Source: Octopus sinensis (taxonomy: Eukaryota). Taken from it: 6,317 bases of DNA. Below, in pieces: positions 6,067 through 6,317 of this stretch. A program made the translations under genes and the position numbers. Every line of letters begins with the position of its first letter. The stretch's first letter is position 1. The DNA lies in the NCBI RefSeq assembly GCF_006345805.1, contig NW_021829405.1:1-6317 (forward strand). Direction: 5' to 3'. The notes beneath the pieces are model-generated. The model was not told the origin of the DNA. It ran no database searches and saw only the letters and a program-made list of their open reading frames with translations.

Positions 6067-6317
6067 TGTATGTCCTACGAATCAATTATTTGGGTGTTTA
6101 CAGGAAAATAATGCAATTATGAAAATAAAGAAAGGAAGAAGGAAAGAAAGAAAGATACAAATGAAGAAAATAAAGAAATATCTTTCTATTGAAATTTCTG
6201 GCAGGAATCAAATGAAGAGGTGTAAACAAACAGAAGAATTTGTTGATCGATTTTCGCTTCGATAGATTTCACGCTAGTACACAATTACACCTGTGATTTA
6301 CTATTATTTTCCGTTCT

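Noticed and set aside
6096-6224. Possible exon after tttacag acceptor
   Set aside because: Purine-rich low-complexity peptide, weak donor, no homology recognised.
5558-6265. 235-aa, 149-aa and 83-aa ORFs
   Set aside because: Translations of GTT, CTTT, CT and GT microsatellites; no domain content.

Overview
Repeat-dominated, non-coding eukaryotic DNA with no intact gene. The SINE family and the very high microsatellite density point to an octopus or other coleoid cephalopod genome; this is an inference from recalled repeat sequences, not a search. Nearly all listed ORFs are microsatellite or antisense artefacts. The only convincing protein homology is the extreme C-terminus of an R4/Dong-clade (RLE-type) non-LTR retrotransposon (3607-3774, minus). 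The 3.27-4.97 kb segment is a nested stack of mobile elements: tRNA-derived SINE (+), (ATT)n(AGT)n, Dong/R4 3' end (-), a single hAT/Charlie terminus (-), a possible SINE 3' end (+), (TTA)n, a 543-bp non-coding cassette, (TTA)n(GTT)n, a second SINE (+), and a ~400-bp (CAT)n array. The left part holds a 636-bp complex cassette embedded in (TA)n and a 333-bp segment bounded by a 19-bp near-perfect direct repeat. That segment contains a decayed Penelope-type hammerhead-like core and a GNRA hairpin.
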